Below, one piece after another: positions 25,296 to 34,553 of a stretch of DNA of 34,553 bases; position 1 is the stretch's first letter, and each line of letters begins with the position of its first letter. The stretch spans positions 1-34,553 of the forward strand of contig JBIHZO010000001.1 of assembly GCA_044231405.1 (NCBI GenBank), written 5' to 3'. The translations under genes and the position numbers were made by a program. The DNA comes from Cypionkella sp. Lineage in GTDB: Bacteria > Pseudomonadota > Alphaproteobacteria > Rhodobacterales > Rhodobacteraceae. The notes under the pieces were generated by a model that saw only the letters and a program-made list of their open reading frames with translations, ran no database searches and was not told where the DNA came from.

Positions 25296-26714
25296 TTAGC
25301 GAATATCGAGGACGGCCCCCGGGTTCATGATGCCCTTCGGGTCCAGCGCGGCCTTGATCGCGCGCATGGCTGCGATTTTACCGGGATCGCCGTATTTCAG
25401 CAGATCATCGACCTTGAGACGTCCCAGCCCGTGTTCGGCGCTGACCGAGCCGCCGAGTTCGTCGACCAGATCATGCACGCAGGCCTTGACGGCATGGCGT
25501 TGATGATCATGGTCCTTGCGGTTTTTGCCCGGCATCGGAAAGACGTTGTAGTGCAGGTTGCCGTCACCCAGATGGCCAAAGCAGTTGACGCGGTAGCTGT
25601 CGATCATGGCCAGCGCCTGACCCGCGCGGGCGATGAATTCGGGAACCAGACTGAGCGGCACCGAGATGTCATGGCTGGACACGGCACCGATGCGGCGGTT
25701 GGCTTCGGGAATCGACTCGCGGATACGCCACAGGCTGGCGCGCTGCGCCTCAGAAACGGCGATCACGCCGTCTTGGACCAAACCTTCGGTGAGTGCCGCC
25801 TCGAACAGCGATTCCAGATGGGTTTGCGCCGCGCCAAATCCGGCGGGCAAACCGATTTCAATCAGCACCAGCCATTCGGCGTCGCCTTGCAGGGGGTTGC
25901 GCACCTCTGGCATCGTTTCAGCCAGAAATTGCAGGCCCATGCGGTGGATCAACTCGAACGCCGACACCATGCCGGACAGGCGCTGTTCGGCCATGGCCAG
26001 CAGGTGCAGGGCGGCGGCAGGGGAAGACACGGCCAGCATCGCAGTGCCAATCGCGGCGGGTTTGGGGAACAGGCGCAGGCTGGCGGCGGTGATCACGCCC
26101 AGCGAACCCTCGGCCCCGATCAGCAAATGGCGCAGATCATAGCCGGTGTTGTCTTTGCGCAACCGCTTCAAGCCATTGAAAACGCTTCCATCCGCCAAGA
26201 CTGCCTCGATCCCGAGACAGAGATCACGGGTGTTGCCGTAGCGCAGCACGTTCAGCCCACCTGCGTTGGTCGCCAGATTGCCACCGATGCGGCAGGTGCC
26301 TTCGGATGCCAGCGCCAACGGGAAGACCCGGTCCATCCGGTCGGCTTGCGCCTGCACATCGGCCAGGATCATGCCCGCTTCGACCACCAGCACGTTTTCG
26401 TTCGGGAAAGCCCCGCGCAGCGCAGTCATGCGTTCCAGAGACAGCAAGACCGGCGGGGGCCCATCAGGCATGATCTGACCGCCGACCAGTCCGGTGCCAC
26501 CGCCCCAAGGCACAATACCCACGCTGGCCGCAGCACAAGCCTGCACAATCCGAGCCACCTCTGCCGTCGTACGCGGCAAGGCCACCGCCCCCGCCACCCC
26601 ATGCCAGCGCCCGCGCGGCTCTTCCAGATAGCGGGGCTCGGGCGTGCGCAGGGTGTCGGGCGGCAACAATGCCGCCAGATGATCAACAAAAGCAGGGTCG
26701 GCAGGATGCAGCAT
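25296..26714 (-). CDS. FAD-binding oxidoreductase (D-2-hydroxyacid dehydrogenase / GlcD-like)
   Basis: GGGTGLVGG, GGNLATNAGG, LRKDNTGYDL, GHLGDGNLH, SAEHGLG, LDPKGIMNPG. Confidence 0.92.
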   Translation of the reverse strand: MLHPADPAFVDHLAALLPPDTLRTPEPRYLEEPRGRWHGVAGAVALPRTTAEVARIVQACAAASVGIVPWGGGTGLVGGQIMPDGPPPVLLSLERMTALRGAFPNENVLVVEAGMILADVQAQADRMDRVFPLALASEGTCRIGGNLATNAGGLNVLRYGNTRDLCLGIEAVLADGSVFNGLKRLRKDNTGYDLRHLLIGAEGSLGVITAASLRLFPKPAAIGTAMLAVSSPAAALHLLAMAEQRLSGMVSAFELIHRMGLQFLAETMPEVRNPLQGDAEWLVLIEIGLPAGFGAAQTHLESLFEAALTEGLVQDGVIAVSEAQRASLWRIRESIPEANRRIGAVSSHDISVPLSLVPEFIARAGQALAMIDSYRVNCFGHLGDGNLHYNVFPMPGKNRKDHDHQRHAVKACVHDLVDELGGSVSAEHGLGRLKVDDLLKYGDPGKIAAMRAIKAALDPKGIMNPGAVLDIR

Positions 26715-26720
26715 TGGGCC

Positions 26721-27266
26721 TCACACAGTAATCGTCCGGGCCAAAGCGGCAATCGCCATGGCCGAGCTTTGGTTGCGCTCCGTCACCGGCGTTTTCAGCG
26801 ACTGCCCCAGCTTGTTGGCCAAAGCAGACCGGCCAATGCCATTCGGCGCGTTCAGATAGATCACCGCATCCGTGATTTTCACGGATTCGCCGGGACCGGC
26901 AAGGGCCATAAGCGCGGCATGGTCCGCCGCTGGCAAAGGTTGACCCAGGAAGAAGAAATGCACCTTTGTACCGTCAGCCAGCCCATGTTGGTGATAGGGG
27001 TTGGCGGCCAGAATGGCGTCATAGGCCGCAAGCCCCATGAGGAACATCGTCGGCGCAAAGCCGAACCGGTCTTTCATCGCCGCCGTGATCTTGGCTTCGA
27101 CATCGGTAACGCCTGTATCCAGAAACACCGCATTGCCGCTTTGGATATGGGTGTGGATCTGAGTGAGCCCCTGTTCCAGCAGCATCTGGCGGAACTCGGG
27201 CATCGGCAAACGGTTCGCGCCTGCCACGTTTACGCCGCGCAGCAGCAGCACTTTGATCTCGGTCAT
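26721..27266 (-). CDS. DUF1697 family protein
   Basis: LLRGVNVAG, IQSGNAVF, ANPY, T.RN. GGAGG RBS before MTEIK. Confidence 0.85.
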   Translation of the reverse strand: MTEIKVLLLRGVNVAGANRLPMPEFRQMLLEQGLTQIHTHIQSGNAVFLDTGVTDVEAKITAAMKDRFGFAPTMFLMGLAAYDAILAANPYHQHGLADGTKVHFFFLGQPLPAADHAALMALAGPGESVKITDAVIYLNAPNGIGRSALANKLGQSLKTPVTERNQSSAMAIAALARTITV

Positions 27267-27306
27267 GGGAGCCTCCACGGGTGCCGCCACCCGCTCCGGC
27301 GCGGGG

Positions 27307-27891
27307 TTATCCTGCGTCCGTGCGACCACGTCGGTCGTTCCGTAAGTTGGCGTATAGCACATGGTTCCGCCAGCGCCCGCTGATTTGCAGATAAGATTGC
27401 GCCACACCTTCATATTTGAAGCCGCATTTTTCCAGAACACCACGCGACGCGGTGTTTTCAGGCAAACAGGCGCTTTCGACACGCGACAAGTCCAGTGCGG
27501 TGAAGGCATGATGCACCACGGCCAACACCGCTTCGCGCATATAGCCGCGCCGGGCAAAAGGCGCGCCGATCCAGTAGCCAAGGGTGCCCGCCTGCACCGG
27601 ACCACGGCGAATGTTGTCCAGCGTGACCGCACCCAGAAGGCGCTGATCCTCGCGCCGGATCAGCATCAGGGGCAGCGCCGTGCCGGTTTGTTCGGCCCGA
27701 CCCGCCCAATAAACGCGGTTGGTGAAGGCGCGGCGCGAAAGGTGGTCATGTGCCCAGACCGGCTCCCAGGGCATCAGGTGATCGGCAGAGGTTTCGCGCA
27801 AATGCGCCCAGTCGCGAAAATCGGCGTGGCTGGGCAGCCGCAGCGTCATGCGTTCGGTTTCAATCTTGGGACGGCGGCGAAAGGTCAGCAT
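27307..27891 (-). CDS. rimJ: RimJ-type GNAT acetyltransferase
   Basis: TERMTLR, WEP, GTLGYWIG, GYMREA, PENTASRGVLEKCGF..EG, W..H. Confidence 0.85.
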   Translation of the reverse strand: MLTFRRRPKIETERMTLRLPSHADFRDWAHLRETSADHLMPWEPVWAHDHLSRRAFTNRVYWAGRAEQTGTALPLMLIRREDQRLLGAVTLDNIRRGPVQAGTLGYWIGAPFARRGYMREAVLAVVHHAFTALDLSRVESACLPENTASRGVLEKCGFKYEGVAQSYLQISGRWRNHVLYANLRNDRRGRTDAG

Positions 27892-29150
27892 CAGGCCGCC
27901 AGGCGCTTGCGGATATCCTCGAGTGAGGGGGCTTTCTCGACAGGGCCATAAAGTGCCAACGCAGTATCGACCCCGGTCAACTCACCCGCATAGCGGCGCA
28001 CGTCGGCGGTGGTCACGGCGTCGATCCGGGCCACAGCTTCGTCCACATCGGGCACGCGGCCATAGATAGCCAGCAGGCGCGCGATGCGCTCGGCGCGGCT
28101 GGTCGGGCTTTCCAGTCCCATCAGCATGCCGGCCTTGATCTGAATGCGGGCGCGGGCCACTTCGGCCTCGGACATGTCATCGGACGCGCGTTTCATCTCG
28201 TCCATGGTGATCTGAGTCAGCGCTCCGATTTCCTCGGCACTGGTGCCTGCGTAAAGGGTGATCTGGCCCGCATCCTCATAGGCACCCGACTGCGCGAAGA
28301 TCGAATAGCACAGGCCACGCTCTTCGCGCACTTTCTGGAACAGACGGGACGACATGCCGCCGCCCATGGTCATGGCGTAGACCTGTGCTGTGTAAACGTC
28401 GGGATGGCGATAGCCCGGGGCATCAAAGGCCATCGCGAAGTGGACCTGTTCCAGATCCTTGACTTCTCGCCGTTCCGCACCTTGGAATGTGGCGGTCTGG
28501 AAGGCGGTCACGGGTTTGGCCTTCATGCCACCAAACATCGTTTCGGCCTGTTTGACGATGGCGTCATGATCCACGCCCCCGGCAGCGGCCAAAATCATCT
28601 GGCCAGGATTGTAGTGCTCGGACACAAAGCCCTTCAGATCGGCGCGGGTGAAATTCGACACCCGTTCCTCTGGCCCCAGAATGGTGCGGCCAAAGGCCTG
28701 ATCCGGGTAGCTGACCTCTTGCAGCCAATCGAAGATGATGTCGTCGGGCGTGTCCAGCGCCTGCCCGATTTCCTGCAGGATCACGTGACGCTCGACCTCG
28801 ATCTCTTTCTTGTCGAAGGCGGGGTTCAGCACGATGTCACCGATCACATCCAGCGCCAGACCGACATCGGCCTGCAACACGCGGGCGTAATAGGCGGTCA
28901 TCTCCCGCGAGGTGTAGGCGTTGATATAGCCGCCAACATCTTCAATTTCCTCGGCAATTTGCAGGCTGGTGCGGCGCTTGGTGCCTTTGAAGGCCATGTG
29001 TTCCAGAAAATGCGCGATGCCGTTTTGCTCGGCACGCTCATGCCGCCCGCCTGCCATCACCCAAACCCCGGCAGAGGCGGATTTGAGGCCCGGCATGTGT
29101 TCGGTGACGATGCGGAAACCGTTCGGCAGGGTGGTCAGGCGCAGGGTCAA
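27891..29150 (-). CDS. M16B family zinc metallopeptidase
   Basis: HXXEH motif GIAHFLEHMAFKGT, NAYTS, SSRLFQ.VRE.RGL.Y. Confidence 0.95.
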   Translation of the reverse strand: MTLRLTTLPNGFRIVTEHMPGLKSASAGVWVMAGGRHERAEQNGIAHFLEHMAFKGTKRRTSLQIAEEIEDVGGYINAYTSREMTAYYARVLQADVGLALDVIGDIVLNPAFDKKEIEVERHVILQEIGQALDTPDDIIFDWLQEVSYPDQAFGRTILGPEERVSNFTRADLKGFVSEHYNPGQMILAAAGGVDHDAIVKQAETMFGGMKAKPVTAFQTATFQGAERREVKDLEQVHFAMAFDAPGYRHPDVYTAQVYAMTMGGGMSSRLFQKVREERGLCYSIFAQSGAYEDAGQITLYAGTSAEEIGALTQITMDEMKRASDDMSEAEVARARIQIKAGMLMGLESPTSRAERIARLLAIYGRVPDVDEAVARIDAVTTADVRRYAGELTGVDTALALYGPVEKAPSLEDIRKRLAA

Positions 29151-30532
29151 CAGGCAATCCTTTCGCGGATCAGGGCTTGGAGGGCGGCCAAATCATTGGG
29201 CACGCGGGTCATGCGTTCGGGGCGGTTAAAGAGGTCGGCCATGCTGGGCGGCAACGCGGGGCGGGTGCCCATGGCAGCCTGCACCGCGTCGGGGAATTTG
29301 GCGGGGTGAGCGGTGGCGAGGGTGATCATCGGGATTGCCCCCAGATGCTCATTGGCCACCTTGACGCCCACAGCAGAATGCGGACACAGGATCTCGCCGG
29401 TGGTCGCGAAGCTTTCGGTGATGGTGGCGCGGGTTTCATCCTCGGAGCAACGGCCCGAGGCGAAGGTGGCTTGCAGCATCTGCAGCGCGCCTTGGCTGAT
29501 GTGAAAACCGCCAGATTTGAGTTCGTTCATCAAGGCCGAAACCGCCGCACCATCACGGCCATAGGCATCAAACAACGCCCGTTCAAAGTTGGACGACACC
29601 TGAATGTCCATCGACGGGCTGATCGAAGGCTTGACCCCGTTTGTGCTGTAATCGCCCGATTTCAGGGCACGGTCGAGAATATCGTTCTGGTTGGTGGCGA
29701 TGACCAGTTGATCAATCGGCAAGCCCATCTTGCGGGCGATGTAGCCTGCGAAAATATCGCCAAAATTGCCCGTGGGGACGGTGAAACTGACAGGGCGATC
29801 GGGCGCGCCCAAAGCCACGGCGGAGGAGAAGTAATAGACCACCTGCGCCAGCACCCGCGCCCAGTTGATCGAGTTCACACCCGCAAGGCGCACGCCATCG
29901 CGGAAGGGGAAATCGTTGAACATATCCTTGACGCGGGCTTGGCAGTCGTCAAAATCACCGTCCATCGCAAGGGCATGGACGTTGGCCTCGGATGGCGTGG
30001 TCATTTGGCGGCGCTGCACATCCGACACCCGGCCATGCGGGTAAAGGATGAACAGATCGACATTGCCGAGGCCCCGGAATGCCTCCATCGCTGCGGAACC
30101 GGTATCGCCCGAAGTCGCACCGACGATGGTGATCCGCTCTCCGGTCTTGGCCAATGCCGCCTGCATCATCTGACCGATCAACTGCATGGCAAAGTCTTTG
30201 AAGGCCAGAGTTGGCCCGTGAAACAGTTCCAGCAGGAAGTAGTTCGGGCCAAGCTGCACCAAGGGCGCGCGGGCGGTGTGGCGGAAATGGGCATAGGCGG
30301 CGGTCAGCAACCCGCGAAATTCGGCATCGGTGAAAGTGTCGCCCAGAAACGGGCGCATCACACGGAAAGCCACCTCTTCATAAGGCAGGCCCGCCATGGC
30401 GGCGATATCGGCATGGGTCAGGGTGGGTACGGTTTCGGGCACATAAAGGCCACCGTCGCGGGCAAGGCCCGTCATCATCGCCTCCCCAAAGGTCAGCACT
30501 GGGGCCGCGCCCCGCGTCGAGATATACCGCAT
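29147..30532 (-). CDS. thrC: Threonine synthase
   Basis: MRYISTRG, LFHGPTLAFKD (PLP Lys), ATSGDTGSAA, NSINWAR, VPTGNFG, TAHPAKF. Confidence 0.97.
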   Translation of the reverse strand: MRYISTRGAAPVLTFGEAMMTGLARDGGLYVPETVPTLTHADIAAMAGLPYEEVAFRVMRPFLGDTFTDAEFRGLLTAAYAHFRHTARAPLVQLGPNYFLLELFHGPTLAFKDFAMQLIGQMMQAALAKTGERITIVGATSGDTGSAAMEAFRGLGNVDLFILYPHGRVSDVQRRQMTTPSEANVHALAMDGDFDDCQARVKDMFNDFPFRDGVRLAGVNSINWARVLAQVVYYFSSAVALGAPDRPVSFTVPTGNFGDIFAGYIARKMGLPIDQLVIATNQNDILDRALKSGDYSTNGVKPSISPSMDIQVSSNFERALFDAYGRDGAAVSALMNELKSGGFHISQGALQMLQATFASGRCSEDETRATITESFATTGEILCPHSAVGVKVANEHLGAIPMITLATAHPAKFPDAVQAAMGTRPALPPSMADLFNRPERMTRVPNDLAALQALIRERIAC

Positions 30533-30541
30533 CTTATGCCC

Positions 30542-31213
30542 CTACTCTGTCCGTCGCCTGATACGCCACAGCAACGCGACTGTCATCACCGCCCAGACCA
30601 AAGCCAACGAAAACCATGTAATCGCATAGCCCCAGTGATCGTTGGGAATAGTCGAAGTATCAACGCCAATCGCCTCAATCCCGTCGCCGGTCGGTGTGTT
30701 GGCGACAATAAATGTCGGCTCGGTCTGCAAGAGCGCGGCCATCGCGACCGCATCACGGGCAAACCAAAGCCCGGTCTTAGGGTCGGGCGGTGGCGTGTAG
30801 GCATTGGCATCGCGTGGCCACATCAGATTTCCGGTGATTTCGGCATCGGTGGCGGTCAGGGCTTTGTGCTTTTCATCATCGGGCAGAAAGCCGCGATCGA
30901 CCAGTATGCGGCGGCCATCGGTGGTTTGCAGCACCGAGATCACCCGCACGCCCGCACCGATTTGCGCCTTGCCGGACAGCACATAAAGCCGTTCACCGGT
31001 AAAGCGGCCTTTGGCGGTCACGGGGCGAAATCGGTCTGACTCGGGGTTCGGGTTCAGCGGCACCGCAACGGCGGGCGTGCTGATGCCAGCCACCATCGCG
31101 TCAAGCTGGGCGCGCTTTTCGTACATGCGCTGCACCTGCCAGATGCCAAGGCTGCACAGCAGCGCCACCCCTGCCAATCCCATCAGGATTGGAAACCACA
31201 TGCGCTTTATCAT
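30542..31213 (-). CDS. surf1: SURF1/Shy1 cytochrome c oxidase assembly protein
   Basis: LGIWQVQR, VDRGF, NDHWGYAITWF, two TM segments. Confidence 0.93.
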   Translation of the reverse strand: MIKRMWFPILMGLAGVALLCSLGIWQVQRMYEKRAQLDAMVAGISTPAVAVPLNPNPESDRFRPVTAKGRFTGERLYVLSGKAQIGAGVRVISVLQTTDGRRILVDRGFLPDDEKHKALTATDAEITGNLMWPRDANAYTPPPDPKTGLWFARDAVAMAALLQTEPTFIVANTPTGDGIEAIGVDTSTIPNDHWGYAITWFSLALVWAVMTVALLWRIRRRTE

Positions 31214-31245
31214 CAGGGGTCCTTGGCGGGTCTTCTAATGCAAGA

Positions 31246-31266
31246 CGCGGGCCATGAAGGCCCGCG
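31246..31266 (-). terminator. Hairpin after ctaE
   Basis: CGCGGGCC-N5-GGCCCGCG. Confidence 0.4.
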
Positions 31267-31287
31267 CCGGGATCGTGTGGCAGGGGG

Positions 31288-32091
31288 TTACTGACCCCAG
31301 ACGTAGATGGCGGCGAACAGGAACAACCAAACCACATCAACGAAGTGCCAGTACCAGGCGGCGGCTTCAAAGCCGACATGCTGCTCCGGCGTGAAATGAC
31401 CCTTGTAGACCCGCACCAGACAGACCAGCAGGAAGATGGTTCCGATCAGAACGTGGAAGCCATGAAAGCCGGTCGCCATGAAGAAGGACGCGCCGTAGAT
31501 GTTGCCAGCAAAGCCAAAGGCCGCGTGGCTGTATTCATAGGCCTGAAAGAACGTGAACAGCGCGCCCAGCACGACGGCCAGAATAAGCCCGGTTTTCATG
31601 TCGCGGCGGTTGTTGTTGTCATGCACCAGCGCGTGGTGGGCCCAAGTCGCGGCACAACCCGACAGCAACAGGATCAACGTGTTGATCAGCGGCAGGTGCC
31701 AAGGATCGAAAGTCGAGATGCCTTCAGGCGGCCAGACGCCATCGACCAGCGGCGACATCGGACCCATGGGATACAGCGCATGTTTGAAGAAGGTCCAGAA
31801 CCATGCCGAGAAGAACATGACTTCAGACATGATGAACATGATGAAGCCATAGCGCAGGCCGATGCGGACAACGGGGGTATGATCGCCGGTCTGGCCTTCA
31901 TGGACCACCTCGGACCACCAGGCAAACATGGTGTAAAGCACCCCTGCAAAGCCGATCAAACCCATCCAAGGGCCGGAACCGTGCATCCACAGCACCGAGC
32001 CGAACAGCATGACAAAGGCGCTGACCGCGCCGAAAAACGGCCAGATCGACGGCGGCAGAATGTGGTAATCGTGGTTCTTGGCGTGGGCCAT
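31288..32091 (-). CDS. ctaE: Cytochrome c oxidase (aa3) subunit III
   Basis: [46 protein letters not shown]. Confidence 0.98.
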   Translation of the reverse strand: MAHAKNHDYHILPPSIWPFFGAVSAFVMLFGSVLWMHGSGPWMGLIGFAGVLYTMFAWWSEVVHEGQTGDHTPVVRIGLRYGFIMFIMSEVMFFSAWFWTFFKHALYPMGPMSPLVDGVWPPEGISTFDPWHLPLINTLILLLSGCAATWAHHALVHDNNNRRDMKTGLILAVVLGALFTFFQAYEYSHAAFGFAGNIYGASFFMATGFHGFHVLIGTIFLLVCLVRVYKGHFTPEQHVGFEAAAWYWHFVDVVWLFLFAAIYVWGQ

Positions 32092-32120
32092 GGTAGGGTT
32101 CCCTCGTTTTTTTATTGTAT

Positions 32121-32690
32121 TCAGTTTACCGACTTCGGGGCCAGTGGCGCAAGTGCGGCCTGCTGATCGGGAAGCGATGTTTCGTAGAAAGTATAGGACA
32201 GCGTGATTTCGCGGATCAGCTTGGCCTCGGGGTGATCGATGATCGACGGGTCGACATAGAACGACACCGGCATGATCGCCCGCTCACCGGGTTGCAGCAC
32301 CTGTTCGGTGAAACAAAAGCATTCGATCTTGGTGAAATAGCCCCCGGCCTGATCGGGCATCACGTTGTAGCTGGCGGTTCCGGCAACAACGTGGTCGGTG
32401 GGATTATAGGCCTCAAAAAACGCGAGGTTGGTTTCGCCGATCTTGACCACCATCTGGCGTTGCTGCGGGGCGAACTCCCACGGCATCCCGGACTCGAGTG
32501 ATGCGTCAAAACGCACGATCATGGTCCGCTCCAGCACGGTATCTGAGCCCGTGGCAGCCACCGAAACGGTGCCTGCGTAGCCTGTCACCCGGCAGAACCA
32601 GTCGTAAAACGGCACTGCGGCAAAGCTGAGCGACAGCATGGTTGCCGCCACACCCACCAGGCCAAAGGCCATTTTGTTTTGCGGCGTCAT
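32121..32690 (-). CDS. ctaG: Cytochrome c oxidase assembly copper chaperone Cox11/CtaG
   Basis: [29 protein letters not shown]. Confidence 0.96.
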   Translation of the reverse strand: MTPQNKMAFGLVGVAATMLSLSFAAVPFYDWFCRVTGYAGTVSVAATGSDTVLERTMIVRFDASLESGMPWEFAPQQRQMVVKIGETNLAFFEAYNPTDHVVAGTASYNVMPDQAGGYFTKIECFCFTEQVLQPGERAIMPVSFYVDPSIIDHPEAKLIREITLSYTFYETSLPDQQAALAPLAPKSVN

Positions 32691-32881
32691 GGAGCCACCT
32701 TGAGCGGTTGCGTGGACCCCAGCGCGCCGGGGGTGTCATTGGCATGCATCAGATCGCCATTGGTGACCTTGACCACGGTCAGCGCGAACACCAGCGCGAC
32801 AAAGGCCAACAGCACCACCAACACGCCCATATTGCGGGAAAAGCGGCGGGTGTGCATTTCATGCGGCGGACGAAACGCCAT
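32687..32881 (-). CDS. Small single-TM protein of the cta operon
   Basis: 64 aa, [11 protein letters not shown] followed by one TM and TVVKV. Tightly packed between ctaB and ctaG (GTGA/ATGA-type overlap with ctaG). Confidence 0.8.
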   Translation of the reverse strand: MAFRPPHEMHTRRFSRNMGVLVVLLAFVALVFALTVVKVTNGDLMHANDTPGALGSTQPLKVAP

Positions 32882-32882
32882 G

Positions 32883-33815
32883 TTACCAGCCCCCCATACC
32901 GTAGGGGCGCAGCGCCGCCTCGGCCATCAACGCACCGAAGTGCAGGAAAAGATACAGCAGGGAAAAGCGGAAAACCGACTTTTCAACCTTGTATTTGTCG
33001 GCTTCGGCCTGCACCTCGTCCCGCTTCCAGATGCGATAGGCACCGCGCAGGAATTCGGCATTCAGCAGCAGCGACACTGCCAGGTAGACCGGGCCACCGA
33101 TCGAGGTGAAAGCGGTCGCCAAAGCAACGGGGATCAGTGCGATGGTATAGACCAGCACATGCGTGCGGGTGGATTTCTTGCCATGCGTCACCGTCAGCAT
33201 CGGCACACCGGCCTTGGAGTAATCTTCGTTCATGAACAGCGCCAAGGCCCAGAAATGTGGCGGCGTCCACATGAAGATCAGCATGAACATCAACACGGCC
33301 TCAGTGGACACCGACCCGGTTGCCGCAACCCAGCCGATCATCGGCGGGAAGGCCCCTGCGGCGCCACCGATCACGATGTTCTGCGGGGTCAGGCGTTTGA
33401 GCCACATCGAATAGACGACGGCGTAGAAGAAAATCGTGAAGGCCAGCAGCGCGGCCGCCAGAAGGTTGGTTGCCAATGCCAGCATGACAATCGAAATGCC
33501 CGACAGCGCCATGCCCAGCCCCAACGCCTCCCCCGGCTGGACCAGACCAGCGGGCACGGGACGGCCCTTGGTACGGCGCATGATGGCGTCGATGTCGGCA
33601 TCCCACCACATGTTCAACGCACCAGACGCCCCTGCCCCCAAGGCGATGAACAAGATCGCGGCAAAGGCCTCAACCGGGTGCAGCGACACCGGGGCGACCA
33701 ACAGGCCGACCAGCGCGGTGAAGACCACAAGCGACATCACGCGCGGCTTTAACAGCTGCACGAAATCGCCAAAGCCCGCTTCTTTGGGTGTGTCAAAGGA
33801 CCGGATATCGGTCAT
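32883..33815 (-). CDS. ctaB: Protoheme IX farnesyltransferase (heme O synthase)
   Basis: [56 protein letters not shown]. Confidence 0.97.
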   Translation of the reverse strand: MTDIRSFDTPKEAGFGDFVQLLKPRVMSLVVFTALVGLLVAPVSLHPVEAFAAILFIALGAGASGALNMWWDADIDAIMRRTKGRPVPAGLVQPGEALGLGMALSGISIVMLALATNLLAAALLAFTIFFYAVVYSMWLKRLTPQNIVIGGAAGAFPPMIGWVAATGSVSTEAVLMFMLIFMWTPPHFWALALFMNEDYSKAGVPMLTVTHGKKSTRTHVLVYTIALIPVALATAFTSIGGPVYLAVSLLLNAEFLRGAYRIWKRDEVQAEADKYKVEKSVFRFSLLYLFLHFGALMAEAALRPYGMGGW

Positions 33816-33884
33816 GTCGTTTCAGCTTTCTGGTAAAGCGAAGGCCCCACCGGGGGGCCCTGCAAGATCAATGGGCGCAGCGGA

Positions 33885-34553
33885 TCAGTTCGATGCCAGC
33901 AGGTAGTTGCCAGCCTTGGCACCTTCAAGCCAGGCATCATAGGCCGCCTGGCTGACAACCTTGACGGTGATCGGCATGTAGGCGTGATCCTTGCCGCAAA
34001 GCGAGGTGCACTGGCCAAAGTAGATGCCTTCGACGTCAGCCTTGAACCACAGCTGGCCCAAACGACCTGGGACGCCCGACTGCATCACGCCAAAGGCGGG
34101 CATGGCCCAGGCGTGGATCACGTCTGTCGCCGTCACCTGCATGACGATGGTCTTGCCAACCGGGATCACCACAGCAGTGTCGGTGGCCAGAAGATAGTCC
34201 TGCTCACGGTAGCCTGCCGCCACCAGCTGATCTTTTTCCAGTTTGAACGAGTCAAATGCGACGCCGTCATCGACGTATTCATAGGACCAGTACCACTGGT
34301 TGCCCGTCACCTTGATGGTGATATCGGCCACAGGAATTTCCTGCTGTTTGAACAGCGCCGGCAGCGAGAACGAGCCGATGAAGATCAGGATCAGGATCGG
34401 CAAGATGGTCCATGCCACTTCCAAAGGCGAGTTGTGGGTGAATGTCGCCGGTGTCGGGTTGGATTTGCGATTGAACTTGATCGCGATGACCACCAGCAGC
34501 AGCGTCACAAATCCCACGATCACAAACATGATGTTGTTGATCATGTAATCCAG
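33885..34553 (-). CDS. ctaC: Cytochrome c oxidase subunit II (5' end outside window)
   Basis: [27 protein letters not shown]-x3-CG-x2-HAYMP CuA motif. Confidence 0.97.
   Translation of the reverse strand: MDYMINNIMFVIVGFVTLLLVVIAIKFNRKSNPTPATFTHNSPLEVAWTILPILILIFIGSFSLPALFKQQEIPVADITIKVTGNQWYWSYEYVDDGVAFDSFKLEKDQLVAAGYREQDYLLATDTAVVIPVGKTIVMQVTATDVIHAWAMPAFGVMQSGVPGRLGQLWFKADVEGIYFGQCTSLCGKDHAYMPITVKVVSQAAYDAWLEGAKAGNYLLASN

Noticed and set aside
25275-27383. 702-aa plus-strand ORF starting inside the repeat
   Set aside because: It is an antisense shadow of the FAD oxidoreductase and DUF1697 genes, typical of high-GC DNA.
33843-33859. Small hairpin between ctaC and ctaB
   Set aside because: Only a 6-bp stem. 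It could affect mRNA stability but is too common to call.
31288-34553. No subunit I gene between ctaC and ctaE
   Set aside because: A separate ctaD locus is the normal arrangement in Rhodobacter/Paracoccus-type genomes.

Overview
A GC-rich, gene-dense chromosomal segment from a Rhodobacteraceae-type alphaproteobacterium, inferred from gene order (ctaC-ctaB-orf-ctaG-ctaE-surf1-thrC-M16 peptidase-rimJ; lysC...ptsP; xseA/purD; ftsY-EamA-yciB; metZ-folE2). It is mostly core metabolism. I saw no rRNA, tRNA, CRISPR, transposase or integrase. The best second-look items are: (1) a cytochrome c oxidase subunit II that keeps its CuA His/Cys/Met ligands but has lost the Mg/Mn-site and proton-exit residues (KQD->MQS, CSELC->CTSLC); (2) a Cys-containing ORF ending in ...EPPRLG just upstream of a Tat-lipoprotein L,D-transpeptidase, a possible ribosome-arrest leader, with the pair sitting between lysC and ptsP; (3) a divergent pair of an atypical AlkB-like di-iron enzyme and a YhhN lysoplasmalogenase-family protein; (4) an unannotated structured sRNA candidate after apt; (5) a Pho-box-like array upstream of an alpha/beta hydrolase; (6) a SAM-II riboswitch with a terminator/antiterminator platform on metZ; (7) a dispersed palindromic repeat family (4 copies); and (8) several ORFans or remnants. 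All family calls come from recognising motifs by eye, with no database searches.
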